Shown in pieces: positions 9,824-19,546 of a stretch of DNA of 64,000 bases; positions within the stretch are counted from its first letter, which is position 1, and every line of letters starts with the position of its first letter. The position numbers and the translations under genes were made by a program. The DNA is from an uncultured Poribacteria bacterium (GTDB taxonomy: Bacteria; Poribacteria; WGA-4E; WGA-3G). The DNA lies in contig OX638351.1 of the NCBI GenBank assembly GCA_951813565.1, positions 863,389 to 927,388 on the forward strand. Direction: 5' to 3'. Under the pieces are notes generated by a model. That model was not told the DNA's origin. It did no database searches and saw only the letters and a list, made by a program, of their open reading frames with translations.

Positions 9824-10591
9824 ATGAGTTGGCAATTAGAAACAACAGTCTCTGATGAACAGGTTAAATTTTACAAAGAAAATGGGTATCTCACTTATGG
9901 GCGTATCTTTACAGAATCGGAGTTGGACGAACTTCGCGATTATGTAGATGTAATGATAGAGAATCTGCCTGAAGGTAGACGTCCTGAACAGATGGATGTT
10001 CCACATTTTGAGCACCCGTACCTATTCAAATATCTCACGCATCCACGCGTGCTGAAGGTCATCGAACGGTTTGTCGGACCGGATGTTGTCCTTTGGTCAA
10101 GTCATTTTATCAGCAAACGCGAAAATGATGGTATGGCAGTGCCGTGGCATCAGGACGGTGTCTATTGGGGCAAATCTCTTGAACCGATGAACGTCATCAC
10201 GATGTGGCTGGCGGTTGATGAATCAAAGATAGAAAATGGATGCATGCGTGTCATTCCGGGAAGTCATAATTTGCGCGATCGGCGTTATGAAAAGGTGAAT
10301 CGTGACAATAACCTCTTCGGGAACGAGGTTGTGGAGGCAGACTTAGACGAATCAAAGGCGGTAAATTTGGAACTGGAGGTAGGGGAGTGCCATTTTCACG
10401 ATGCATGGACAATCCACAATTCCAGTCCAAATGTTTCACAGAAACGGCGCTGTGGTTATACAATGCGCTACATGCCAGCAAATGTTCGTTATCCAGGGGC
10501 AGAATGGCGTTCTACGCACAAAATATATCTGTTGCAGGGTGAGGACAAAACAGATGGCTTTAATATCTATGCACCTGTACCGAAATTTTAA
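9824..10591 (+). CDS. PhyH-family Fe(II)/2OG dioxygenase
   Basis: PWHQDG (HxD), ENGCMRVIPGSH, HDAWTIHNS. Confidence 0.9.
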   Translation: MSWQLETTVSDEQVKFYKENGYLTYGRIFTESELDELRDYVDVMIENLPEGRRPEQMDVPHFEHPYLFKYLTHPRVLKVIERFVGPDVVLWSSHFISKRENDGMAVPWHQDGVYWGKSLEPMNVITMWLAVDESKIENGCMRVIPGSHNLRDRRYEKVNRDNNLFGNEVVEADLDESKAVNLELEVGECHFHDAWTIHNSSPNVSQKRRCGYTMRYMPANVRYPGAEWRSTHKIYLLQGEDKTDGFNIYAPVPKF

Positions 10592-10612
10592 TGCTTTGAT
10601 AAAGGAGAACTT

Positions 10613-11476
10613 ATGTACCCCTATTTTGACGTACACTGCCACATCGGCATGACGGTATCACGCGCACCGGTCATTGGACAAAGCGTAGGACGATGCCTCG
10701 CGAGGATGGCTTCGGCAAATGTTATTGGTGCGATTCCGTGTCCGACAGCAGGCGGGCCACAGGCACGCGGTGTATTAGATACGCGGGCACAAAACAAGGT
10801 GATCGCGAATGCTTGTCGGAAGTATCCCGAACGTTTCCCTATCGGACTTGGGATTGTAGAAGTTCGGCATGAGCAAGCAGGTGTAGACGAACTTGACAGG
10901 GCAATGTGTGACGATGGTTTAGTCGGATTTGTGTGTCATCCGGCGTTATCTGGACATTCACTCGGTGGTGAATTATACGCGTTCCTTGAAGTCGTAGCAA
11001 TGCACAATGGATTATGTCTGCTGCATCAGGCAGGTTCAACACAAAATATAGCTGCGTATGCCCAACGGTTTCCAACGATAACCTTCATCATCGGACATGT
11101 CTCAATGAGCAAAGCAGGACAACTTGATGCCATTGCGCATTGTGCAAAGCAGGAGAATATTTGGTATGATGTTGCACAGAAACCTGAAGGCGCAGATGAA
11201 AGTTGGGATTTAGTGCACCTTGTTAATCATCTTAGCAATGAGAGACTTATGTTCGGTAGCGACTTGCCGTATTATGATTTCCGCTTAGTCCAAGCACAAA
11301 TAGAAACGGCAAACCTTGATGACGAGACGAAGGAGCGGATTGGATACCAGAATGCAGTAAGGTTGGTTCAGCAGTTCCAACCAGATTGGCTACCGACGCT
11401 AACTGCAATAACACCCCCGCAGGTTTACTCCGAGACTGATATGTGGGATGCGAATGGTGCAAGATTAAAAGACTGA
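10613..11476 (+). CDS. Amidohydrolase family protein (Amidohydro_2-like)
   Basis: DVHCH, IGH, FGSDLP, IGYQNAVRL. Confidence 0.8.
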   Translation: MYPYFDVHCHIGMTVSRAPVIGQSVGRCLARMASANVIGAIPCPTAGGPQARGVLDTRAQNKVIANACRKYPERFPIGLGIVEVRHEQAGVDELDRAMCDDGLVGFVCHPALSGHSLGGELYAFLEVVAMHNGLCLLHQAGSTQNIAAYAQRFPTITFIIGHVSMSKAGQLDAIAHCAKQENIWYDVAQKPEGADESWDLVHLVNHLSNERLMFGSDLPYYDFRLVQAQIETANLDDETKERIGYQNAVRLVQQFQPDWLPTLTAITPPQVYSETDMWDANGARLKD

Positions 11477-11522
11477 GATGTGGGATGCGAATGGTGCAAG
11501 ATTAAAGCAGAAAAAAATAGGG

Positions 11523-12383
11523 CTATTTAACAATCTCTACAGCCCGTATCCGATGACGGAGTACAAGGATACATACGGCAGTCAACGCAGCTAATAAAAG
11601 GAGAGTCCAAGACCAGTGCATATTGTAGCTGCTCTCCAAACCAAAAAGAGCATTTCCAAGACGATCGAAGTTCGCCCAAATAGAGACTAAAGCAACTGTG
11701 CTTGTTGAAAGAATCTCTTTAAGGATGAGATGAAGGACAGGCAATCCAAACCAAACAGCGCAAAAACCGATTGTCGCATAGCGGGAATTTGTTGTAAGCG
11801 ATGAGAATAACAAGATCAATAGACTCGTTATAGTGGTGATGATTACCGAATAGGCGATGATGGAAAGGGGTAGCCAGTAATTCTCTTTCAAAAAAGGTGT
11901 ATCGGTTAACAACACATGCTCAAGAAATAGTAATAGTCCAGGAATCAACGTCATACAGATAAGTAGAGTACCAATCACGATAAATTTACCAATGAGATAA
12001 TCTACCCATGAAATTGGCTTAGAGAGATAAAGTGAAAGCGCTTTGTGCTTTAGATCATTCGCAATTAATCCTGCCCCACCAAAAATAACGACTAACGCAA
12101 CCAAAAACGCAGACGAAAACGTTTCAATTCTGAATAGAAATCCCTGAAAAAAACCGCGATCAATATCAAGCCCAGTAGGCACATCCGGAAGAATATTAAA
12201 AATATAAATAAAGATTCCGTAAGACAAGATGTAGATTACCGGTGGAATCGCAACAATTAATCGGACAATTTTGCGCTGGGCGAGCAGTTTCAATTCTGCC
12301 TTTGCAATAACCCACCACTGTATGTGGTTGCGTGGTTTGAGTGTGCCTTCCCAATGTCTATAGTCCTGTGTGTGAATAGGCAT
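11523..12383 (-). CDS. ABC-2-type transporter permease
   Basis: Multi-TM protein with IANDLKHKALSLYLSKPISWVDYLIGK. Confidence 0.8.
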   Translation of the reverse strand: MPIHTQDYRHWEGTLKPRNHIQWWVIAKAELKLLAQRKIVRLIVAIPPVIYILSYGIFIYIFNILPDVPTGLDIDRGFFQGFLFRIETFSSAFLVALVVIFGGAGLIANDLKHKALSLYLSKPISWVDYLIGKFIVIGTLLICMTLIPGLLLFLEHVLLTDTPFLKENYWLPLSIIAYSVIITTITSLLILLFSSLTTNSRYATIGFCAVWFGLPVLHLILKEILSTSTVALVSIWANFDRLGNALFGLESSYNMHWSWTLLLLAALTAVCILVLRHRIRAVEIVK

Positions 12384-12385
12384 CG

Positions 12386-12886
12386 TTATCTCTTATAAAT
12401 AGCAGTTTTTTCTATGGTATCCGTAAAAGGTCCTTGCTTCTCAGTTTTGACTTCAACAGTAATAACACCTTCGTGTGTATCGCGTTCGGGATCATCTTCA
12501 ATGAGTCTACGAGGGATTTCTGTGCTTAGGAGTCTATCAAGACTATTCGGTTCCTGTGCCCATCGTACATCGTATAATCTTCCATCATAAACTTTCCGAT
12601 GTTTCTTGCCGTCCCGCATGGAATAGACTTCCACGTTGGTGGTAAAATCAGCATCTGAAATGGTGCTAACACCGACACTCGGACTGAGAATGCTCTGGTT
12701 CCATATTAGTGGAATCCCATTTCTATCAAGCAGATAAATTTTGATGTCTAACCGATCTACGCGCGGATAAGATATGGCCTGAATGCCCTCAAAATTTTGG
12801 ATTTCCCCGCTTCCGCATGCGATCAAAGCAATTACGCAAATACAGACAACTATAACTCTCTGTAATTGCAATTTTATGCGAAACAC
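12386..12886 (-). CDS. Hypothetical lipoprotein
   Basis: Lipobox-like ALIAC-GSG. Lies 2 nt from the permease gene. Confidence 0.6.
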   Translation of the reverse strand: MFRIKLQLQRVIVVCICVIALIACGSGEIQNFEGIQAISYPRVDRLDIKIYLLDRNGIPLIWNQSILSPSVGVSTISDADFTTNVEVYSMRDGKKHRKVYDGRLYDVRWAQEPNSLDRLLSTEIPRRLIEDDPERDTHEGVITVEVKTEKQGPFTDTIEKTAIYKR

Positions 12887-13133
12887 GCTAATCTCTCCTT
12901 TTTATGTGCCAACTCAAGGACTACTTATACCATAGAAACTTTCATCATTTATTATACTCTTTTTAGGGTATGAGTGTCAATCTTAAATGTGCTTTGTGCC
13001 TACTTTCCAAAGTGGTATAATGATTGTTATGAAAACTACAAAAAGAGGATTTACGCGCTTTGCTTTTTTTGATTTCGTAATTGCAATTTATGGAGGCATC
13101 TTTTTATTTCTCTTGGATGCAGCCCTTAATTTT

Positions 13134-13516
13134 GTCATAGGTACCCACTACCTAAAGGTAGGGGCTTGTGCTTCCTTGCGACTGCGGTTTTCTCAGAGAG
13201 TTGACCGTCTTATTGTCGCTCCACTTTAGGCAGCCAAGCCTGCCCGTTTGATATTGATAGCAGCGTTGGTGTCTCTGTCGTGGTGTGACCCACATTCGGG
13301 ACATGTCCACTGCCTATCAGAAAGAGAGAGTTCTTTGTTATGGTATCCACAATCACTACAAGGTTTTGTTGTTGCTATCCATTGCGAGATTCGCACAAGT
13401 TTTTTGCCGTGCTTCGCACACTTCTGTTCCAATATCTGAAGAAACTGGTAGAAAGAATGGTCAGAAACTTTACGCCCCCATAATCGTTTCATACCGTCAA
13501 GGTTCAGGGTTTCAAA
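13134..13516 (-). mobile_element. IS200/IS605 copy B: right end plus 3' tnpB fragment, truncated by an IS
   Basis: Right end (...TATGAC) and the C-terminal zinc finger/RuvC-III are near-identical to the other copies. Homology stops at 13516, at the IS inverted repeat. Confidence 0.9.
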
Positions 13517-14973
13517 GGGTGTGTAAAGTTTTTGGCATGAATATCACGCTGCTTTTGTGTTTGTATACCAATAATTATTCCATGCTTCATTTTTCAACAA
13601 ACACCTCCACTTCAGCACAGCATTGATACCCGGTTTCTCCCATCTCATAGCAGCTTGTTTGCATCTTTGTCCGACAACATGTTTACACGCACTTTCAATC
13701 ACACCACTGCCAATCTGATACCCTTTTTCTCTAAACGCTTTATACTGCATTCGCTTCGCGTGTTTTTCGAAATACCGCGCTTCTCTTTCTAAAATATCCG
13801 ATACTTCCGGGGTCTGTGTGTCTAAGCCACGAATGCGTGCGGCTACTTCTGTAATGTTGCCATCATAAAGGATAGGTTCTGTCGTTTTTACCCAGTCTTG
13901 TATCGCCTCTGTTTCAGTCTCTCCGAACGCAACTTTAGCAACATCATATAGATGAGACTTCGCATGCATATAATCCACAATCTCTACAGCATTGGGGAAG
14001 TATTCATCCGCTAAGTTCCATATCCACGCTGCACCATCACCAAGAAACACAATCTCTTGCGTATCTATCGCTTCTTGGTAGATGCCACTATTGGTTGCTA
14101 ACGCATATAACTCCTTACCAAAATGTGCTGCATCATTACGCGTTGCGACATAACGGATACTTGTCTCTCTCGCACTTGACACCGCATCAGAACCACATTG
14201 TGGATAATCTCTGTAAACACTACCAACTTTTGTCTCTTTCCACCCATCAGGGGAGTTGGTATGACACCCATCACAACTCACATGCCATCGCTCATTTTCT
14301 GCGAGTTTTTGAGGTGCCACTTGTTCACAGACGCTCAAATCTTCTGACCATTCACTCACTTTGTGTTGGAGCGTCGTGTGGCTGACTTCTATACCTTGAT
14401 GCGACAACTCCGATGCCGCTTCTCTATAGTCAAGAAGGGCAGACAGACGACACATCGCTTCAGCAACACGACGCGTGTATTGACCCAATAACTTCTGTTT
14501 GACCTCCCACGGCGCGTGACGATGTCCTTGTTCACAACAATACACCCAACGATTTACGCTTGTTTTTCCACAAAGTGTTGTGAAATAACGCGCACGCATA
14601 CGCAATGGACGACAAAGTTCTTGACACGCTGGACATTCAACTGGTTCACGCTCTTTCTTATTTGACTTTTTAGAAACACACATTTCTAAAAACTTTTGTT
14701 TAAAAGAACAAAATGCTTCGGAAACACGGACTTCAACATCACCTAAAGATAAACCCTCGTCAGAATTGATGTCTACATAAAGATCGTTGATCTCTTTTAC
14801 AAACTCGTTAAAATCTGCTTTGTAATCGTTGCCTTCACAAGGACTTAATGATATACTTGGCATTGGTATCCTCTCCTATAATAGTGATAATTATTAGGGT
14901 AGGATACCATTTATATACATTTTCTACAAGAACTCCATTCATTTCAATTTCATGCCAAAAACTTTACACACCC
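13517..14973 (-). mobile_element. ISKra4/ISLre2-like (Mutator-type DDE) insertion sequence
   Basis: 25-bp perfect TIRs GGGTGTGTAAAGTTTTTGGCATGAA at 13517-41 and 14949-73. No TSD visible. Confidence 0.85.
13544..14863 (-). CDS. DDE transposase (ISKra4/UPF0236-like), apparently intact
   Basis: SCDG, FLGDGAAWIW, VDYMHA and GSGVIESACK motifs. N-terminal CxxC. Confidence 0.85.
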   Translation of the reverse strand: MPSISLSPCEGNDYKADFNEFVKEINDLYVDINSDEGLSLGDVEVRVSEAFCSFKQKFLEMCVSKKSNKKEREPVECPACQELCRPLRMRARYFTTLCGKTSVNRWVYCCEQGHRHAPWEVKQKLLGQYTRRVAEAMCRLSALLDYREAASELSHQGIEVSHTTLQHKVSEWSEDLSVCEQVAPQKLAENERWHVSCDGCHTNSPDGWKETKVGSVYRDYPQCGSDAVSSARETSIRYVATRNDAAHFGKELYALATNSGIYQEAIDTQEIVFLGDGAAWIWNLADEYFPNAVEIVDYMHAKSHLYDVAKVAFGETETEAIQDWVKTTEPILYDGNITEVAARIRGLDTQTPEVSDILEREARYFEKHAKRMQYKAFREKGYQIGSGVIESACKHVVGQRCKQAAMRWEKPGINAVLKWRCLLKNEAWNNYWYTNTKAA

Positions 14974-14997
14974 AACAAGAATCGGAAAATTGACACA

Positions 14998-15804
14998 CTA
15001 TCCGATAATGCGCTCTATACGTTCCCGAACCCACGCTTTGTGCTCAGGATGTGTGTGAATATAAAAAGTGCCGTTCTGAATAGCGTTATAGACATGATTC
15101 GCCACTTCTGCAGGCGACATGCCTGCCTCCATCTCAGCACAAACATTCCGTGAATCGCCTAAAGTTTGCTGTTGATGCGTTTCCAATCCTGGATTTTGCA
15201 ATGTATCTGGACGATTTCGGGCAGAGTCCAGAATACCGGTCTGCACCCAACCGGGACACAGCACATGCACCTGAATCTGTGAAGCTTTTTGCTCCAATTC
15301 ATCGGCGAGGGTTTCAGAAAGGACCACTACGCCGTGCTTGCTCACCTTATAGATGCCTTCACCTGGACCTCGCACCAATCCAAGAATAGAAGCTGTATTC
15401 ACTATATGACACTCGCTCTCTTGCGCGAGCATACGTGGCACAAACGCGCGAATGCCGTGAATTACACCCCATAAGTTCACACCTAAGACCCATTCCCAAT
15501 CAGCGACGGTATGCTCCCAGATCGGACGACTACAAACGACACCAGCATTGTTACAGAGGATATGCACCGCACCAAAAGCATCCAACGTCCGCACAGCAAG
15601 GTTTTCAACATCGGCAGCATTTAAGACATCTGTTCTCACAGCAAGCACGGTTGTTCCTTTAGCGCGTAAGTCAGTCTCAAGTTTGGTTAATGGCTCTTCT
15701 TCAATATCTGCGAGGACAACCGTCATCCCCTCCGCAGCGAACCGTTCCGCCATACCGCGCCCGATACCGCTTGCTGCACCAGTAATAACCGCAACGGTTT
15801 TCAT
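14998..15804 (-). CDS. Short-chain dehydrogenase/reductase
   Basis: TGAASGIG, NNAG, NTAS, YKVSK. Confidence 0.9.
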   Translation of the reverse strand: MKTVAVITGAASGIGRGMAERFAAEGMTVVLADIEEEPLTKLETDLRAKGTTVLAVRTDVLNAADVENLAVRTLDAFGAVHILCNNAGVVCSRPIWEHTVADWEWVLGVNLWGVIHGIRAFVPRMLAQESECHIVNTASILGLVRGPGEGIYKVSKHGVVVLSETLADELEQKASQIQVHVLCPGWVQTGILDSARNRPDTLQNPGLETHQQQTLGDSRNVCAEMEAGMSPAEVANHVYNAIQNGTFYIHTHPEHKAWVRERIERIIG

Positions 15805-16491
15805 TCAAATCTCCGCTTGACGCTGCTGATGATACTCCTCTAATGCACGATTTGCATTCACAATTGTCTCTAACTTTTCAACGAGTACATCAATATGTTT
15901 GCCCGGGAAGGCGAAATAGAAGTCATCATCAGAAAGGGCAGTATAAACGCGATTACCGATGCATCCCAAACTACTTGCACCTTTGTTAGACTGTAGAACA
16001 GCCGGTATCACAGCACACGTTGGTCTACCCATCACACCGTTTTCAGTTCCGATTCCTGCAGCGGTTGCAGCTTCTGCTAATAGCATCATCTGTTTCGGTG
16101 TGCCAGAGATGATAACGACATCTGGTATGTCAGCAGTGTCTGTTAATGGAGCGTAGACTGCACTCTGGAAAGGATTTTCTTGCCGTGGAATGCCGGGAAC
16201 CTCATCCATACTAATATAGCCGAGTTCACCCATCAAGTTAAGGGTGTTTTCCAACTCTGCCATTTGTGCATCCGGTAATTCAACATTGTGTGTATAACAC
16301 CCGATCGGGCAGTTATAGTGGTCAGACGCTTCGGTATAGAAGGTCTTACCCTCCGATGCGCGCTTCCAATACGTGCAGCCGGAGGCTTCAGTTTTTTCCA
16401 CGCGGGAAACGCCTTCCGGTTGTGATTCGTGAAACGTTACTGCAATAGGGGCAGTTCCCAAATTGAGTAGTTCTTGTAATTGTTCTGACAT
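15805..16491 (-). CDS. DUF169 family protein
   Basis: PIAVTF, Cys pattern (CTYW, CPIG, PTCAVIP, SLGCIGNR). Confidence 0.7.
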   Translation of the reverse strand: MSEQLQELLNLGTAPIAVTFHESQPEGVSRVEKTEASGCTYWKRASEGKTFYTEASDHYNCPIGCYTHNVELPDAQMAELENTLNLMGELGYISMDEVPGIPRQENPFQSAVYAPLTDTADIPDVVIISGTPKQMMLLAEAATAAGIGTENGVMGRPTCAVIPAVLQSNKGASSLGCIGNRVYTALSDDDFYFAFPGKHIDVLVEKLETIVNANRALEEYHQQRQAEI

Positions 16492-16515
16492 ATTTTCTCC
16501 TTTATGAGATAAATT

Positions 16516-17943
16516 CTAAACGCTAATCGGGGCGAACTGCCCCTTAGTAGGTTCCGCTCAGCAGAACCATGCTTCGGTAATCCGTGGCGCGGGTAGATGC
16601 GCCTGTTTCTTTAAAACAGTCCTGTTCCGGTACAGCGGAGTGTGCCTATTATCATGCATATCGAAGGCAAGTTCCCATATCCGATAAAAGGTTTCCAACG
16701 TATCAACTTCCATCCGGTCGTCGTTTTCTGCAAGTGCATTGACCGTTTTGTGAAGTTCATCCATACGGGGATCGGGATGTGCCCATACATAACTAAAAGC
16801 GGTTTCATCAAGCGTGAGGGAAAGTGGTTTTGTTTCAGGACGATTAAGTAGATATGAACCGGGTGGAATGAGTAACCGAACAGCATATTGCACTGGATCA
16901 ACATGATAAATTAAACGATGTGTGTCAACGAATTCAAGGATTTCAAGATAATCGTCTAAGGTTGTCCACGGTGTGAACGGCACCCATGTTGGGCGTAGTG
17001 CGATACCAGCGCCATGAACGATCTCAATAGCGGTTTCAACATCAGTGCGGGTGTGGTGCTTCTCCAAAATCGTTAACACTCTATCGCTCAGCGATTCCAC
17101 AGCAGAGATGATGAATCGGCATCCGAGTTTAGCGAATTCGGGGAAGTGTTTTCTGTGTTTAAGTATATGTTCAATCTTGGTTGTAAAGTCAAAAGTAAGG
17201 TTGGGAAAAGTATCGTGCATAGCGCGGAGAATGCGGATCCCGTGCATTGGTCCGTTGAGAAAATCTGGATCACCGAACGTGATATGTGTTGCCCCTTCTG
17301 CCACTTGTCTCTGAATTTCATCTAACACCGTTTCGCGTTGGAGAGTGAAAAACTTTCCATTGTAGACAGGTGGAATAGGGCAGTGTGTGCAAAGATGCTT
17401 ACACCCGTGCGTCGTCTCCGTATAGCCGACAGTTCGCACCTCACCATCATCCTCAAATCGTGCGTATTTTTCTAAAGCTGGTAGTTTTCCATTAATTATC
17501 GTAGGACGAGGTATCTGTTCTTCAGTTTGTATTTTCTCTGAAAGGGATTGCACCAACGCGACCAGTTGTGTTGACGCTTCACCACTGGTACAAAAATCAA
17601 CCCCGTGTGAAAGTAGGTAGTCCGCATTAAGTTCCGCGTAAAGTCCATACATGCATATTGAAACATCTGGATTGAGATCACGAATTCGTTGGAGAAGGTA
17701 AACCCCAAGCCGTAAAGCAGTATGCATCGGGACAGAGATGCCGATAAACCGTGCTCGTTTGACCTTCTCAGCGTTCAGCGGCTCAACAGCGATGTCAATT
17801 GCATCAGGGAAAAATCCAGCAGCTTCAAGCGTCCCGAGCGGACGTGTAAGTCCCATCGGTCGGTGTCCGAGTTCATAGCAAGAGATTAAGAGAACTGCCC
17901 CAGGTGCATGCATTACTGAGGGAGCGCGTGTTTCCTTGTCCAT
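16516..17943 (-). CDS. CUAEP-tail radical SAM selenoprotein (B12-binding-like N-terminus); UGA at 16558-16560 read as Sec
   Basis: CKHLCTHC (CxxxCxxC) and ISVPMHTA. The frame continues WFC-TGA-AEPTKGQFAPISV-TAG (16516-18). The start position is uncertain. Confidence 0.8.
16532..16557 (-). promoter_or_regulatory. Candidate bacterial SECIS stem-loop
   Basis: Directly after the UGA: GCGGAAC...GTTCGC lower stem (one bulge) enclosing CCT-ACTA-AGG. Confidence 0.5.
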
Positions 17944-18092
17944 GCTAATAGGATAGCATATCATCACGGAATTTGCAACGCGATGATGTATTCGGTGGTA
18001 TAAAGTATTTGTCAATTGTCCGACCCGGACAATAAGGTTGTCGGGGCACGGGGCCCCGACCTACAATAAAAAACGCGAACAAAACAAAAACC

Positions 18093-19541
18093 TTATAAAT
18101 AAGGATAGGTAGCATCGGGATCATAATCCGGCAGCAAAGCATTATGAGGTTGTCCTGCTATGAGACTTGTGCCATCAGTAAAGCCTTCAGGACGGTCACG
18201 TAGAAACTCAATTAGTCTATTTCTCCAAGGCGTTAGTCGAGTTTCTGCATCGCTTTGGCTTGCCAAATCGTGTGTTTCGTGTGGATCATCCTGCAGATTG
18301 AAAAGATGTTCTTGACCCGTTTGGGAATACCAGATGTACTTATGGTGACCATCAGTCACATAGTGGTTGCCATGCTTGTAATTGTAGCAACCGGAATGTT
18401 CGCCGTGTAGACAGTCTCTAACCCGGTCGGTATCACCTCGCATAATAGGTAGTAGGCTTTTACCGGTACAGGTATTGGGAATTTCAATATCTGCAGCGTC
18501 AAGAATAGTGGGCATGATATCCTGCAAACCGACTGGACTATAGCTTGTGGTTTCTTTCAGATATCCCCATCTCGCTGGTGCACGCATCAGAAACGGCACA
18601 CGCGCAGAGGCTTCGTAAGGAAAGGTTTTACGGAACATATTGTGGTCACCTAACATTTCACCGTGGTCAGATGTGAAAATAACGAGACAGTCATTCAGAC
18701 TACCTGCATTTTGAAGCAGCCGCCCAATCTGATCGTCTATAAAATTAATCATTCCGTAATAGGCGGCACGCGCACATTGCATATCGTGGCTATCAAGGCA
18801 AATCTCCCATGCATTTGGATTTAACCCTTTCTGAGTCCTCTCAAATTGCGGTGCCCAGTCGCCGACCACGGGAGGTGGAAGTTCCCGCTGTATGTAGCGT
18901 TGGTAATAGTGTAGAGGTGGCGTCAAAGGCGGGTGCGGGTCTATAAAGGAAATATTAAGAAAAAATGGTACTGAAGGATCACGTTTTCGTATAAATTTGA
19001 GGGCGCGGTCAACACACCAGAAGGTGTGCATCTGCTCTTCGGGTAGGTGATGCGGACGACCAACCCATCCATTAGCAGAGACACCGTGTGCCATACCCGG
19101 ATCATAATCGTTGCGGCGGTGGGACTGCTGCAACCATTCGACATAGTCGTTGTTCGCTGTGCCATGTGTAGCATCAGACAACTGGAGGTGATCGAAACCG
19201 AATCGCTTGCGTGGCGGCGACAGATGTAGCTTGCCTATCATTTCTGTTTGATAACCGGCTGCGGATAATTCGCCAGCAAGGGTATAGGGCGGATTCCATT
19301 GTGCTCCTGTATACCCAACCATTCCGTTGGCGGCTGGGGCAGTACCGGTCATGATACCACGTCGGGCAGGAATACAACTCGGACATTCAGCGTACCCACG
19401 GCGGAAGTGGGTCCCACTGCGACCAATCCAGTCCAGGTTCGGTGTTTGCAGACAGTCAGGACCATCAGGATCAATACCCAAACAGTCGCCACGTTGTTGG
19501 TCGGTTGTAATTAGCATTATATTTGGACGAGCATCAGACAT
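18093..19541 (-). CDS. Sulfatase (arylsulfatase-like)
   Basis: LITTDQQR, CIPAR, IGKLH, SDHG. Confidence 0.9.
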   Translation of the reverse strand: MSDARPNIMLITTDQQRGDCLGIDPDGPDCLQTPNLDWIGRSGTHFRRGYAECPSCIPARRGIMTGTAPAANGMVGYTGAQWNPPYTLAGELSAAGYQTEMIGKLHLSPPRKRFGFDHLQLSDATHGTANNDYVEWLQQSHRRNDYDPGMAHGVSANGWVGRPHHLPEEQMHTFWCVDRALKFIRKRDPSVPFFLNISFIDPHPPLTPPLHYYQRYIQRELPPPVVGDWAPQFERTQKGLNPNAWEICLDSHDMQCARAAYYGMINFIDDQIGRLLQNAGSLNDCLVIFTSDHGEMLGDHNMFRKTFPYEASARVPFLMRAPARWGYLKETTSYSPVGLQDIMPTILDAADIEIPNTCTGKSLLPIMRGDTDRVRDCLHGEHSGCYNYKHGNHYVTDGHHKYIWYSQTGQEHLFNLQDDPHETHDLASQSDAETRLTPWRNRLIEFLRDRPEGFTDGTSLIAGQPHNALLPDYDPDATYPYL

Positions 19542-19546
19542 TTCAA

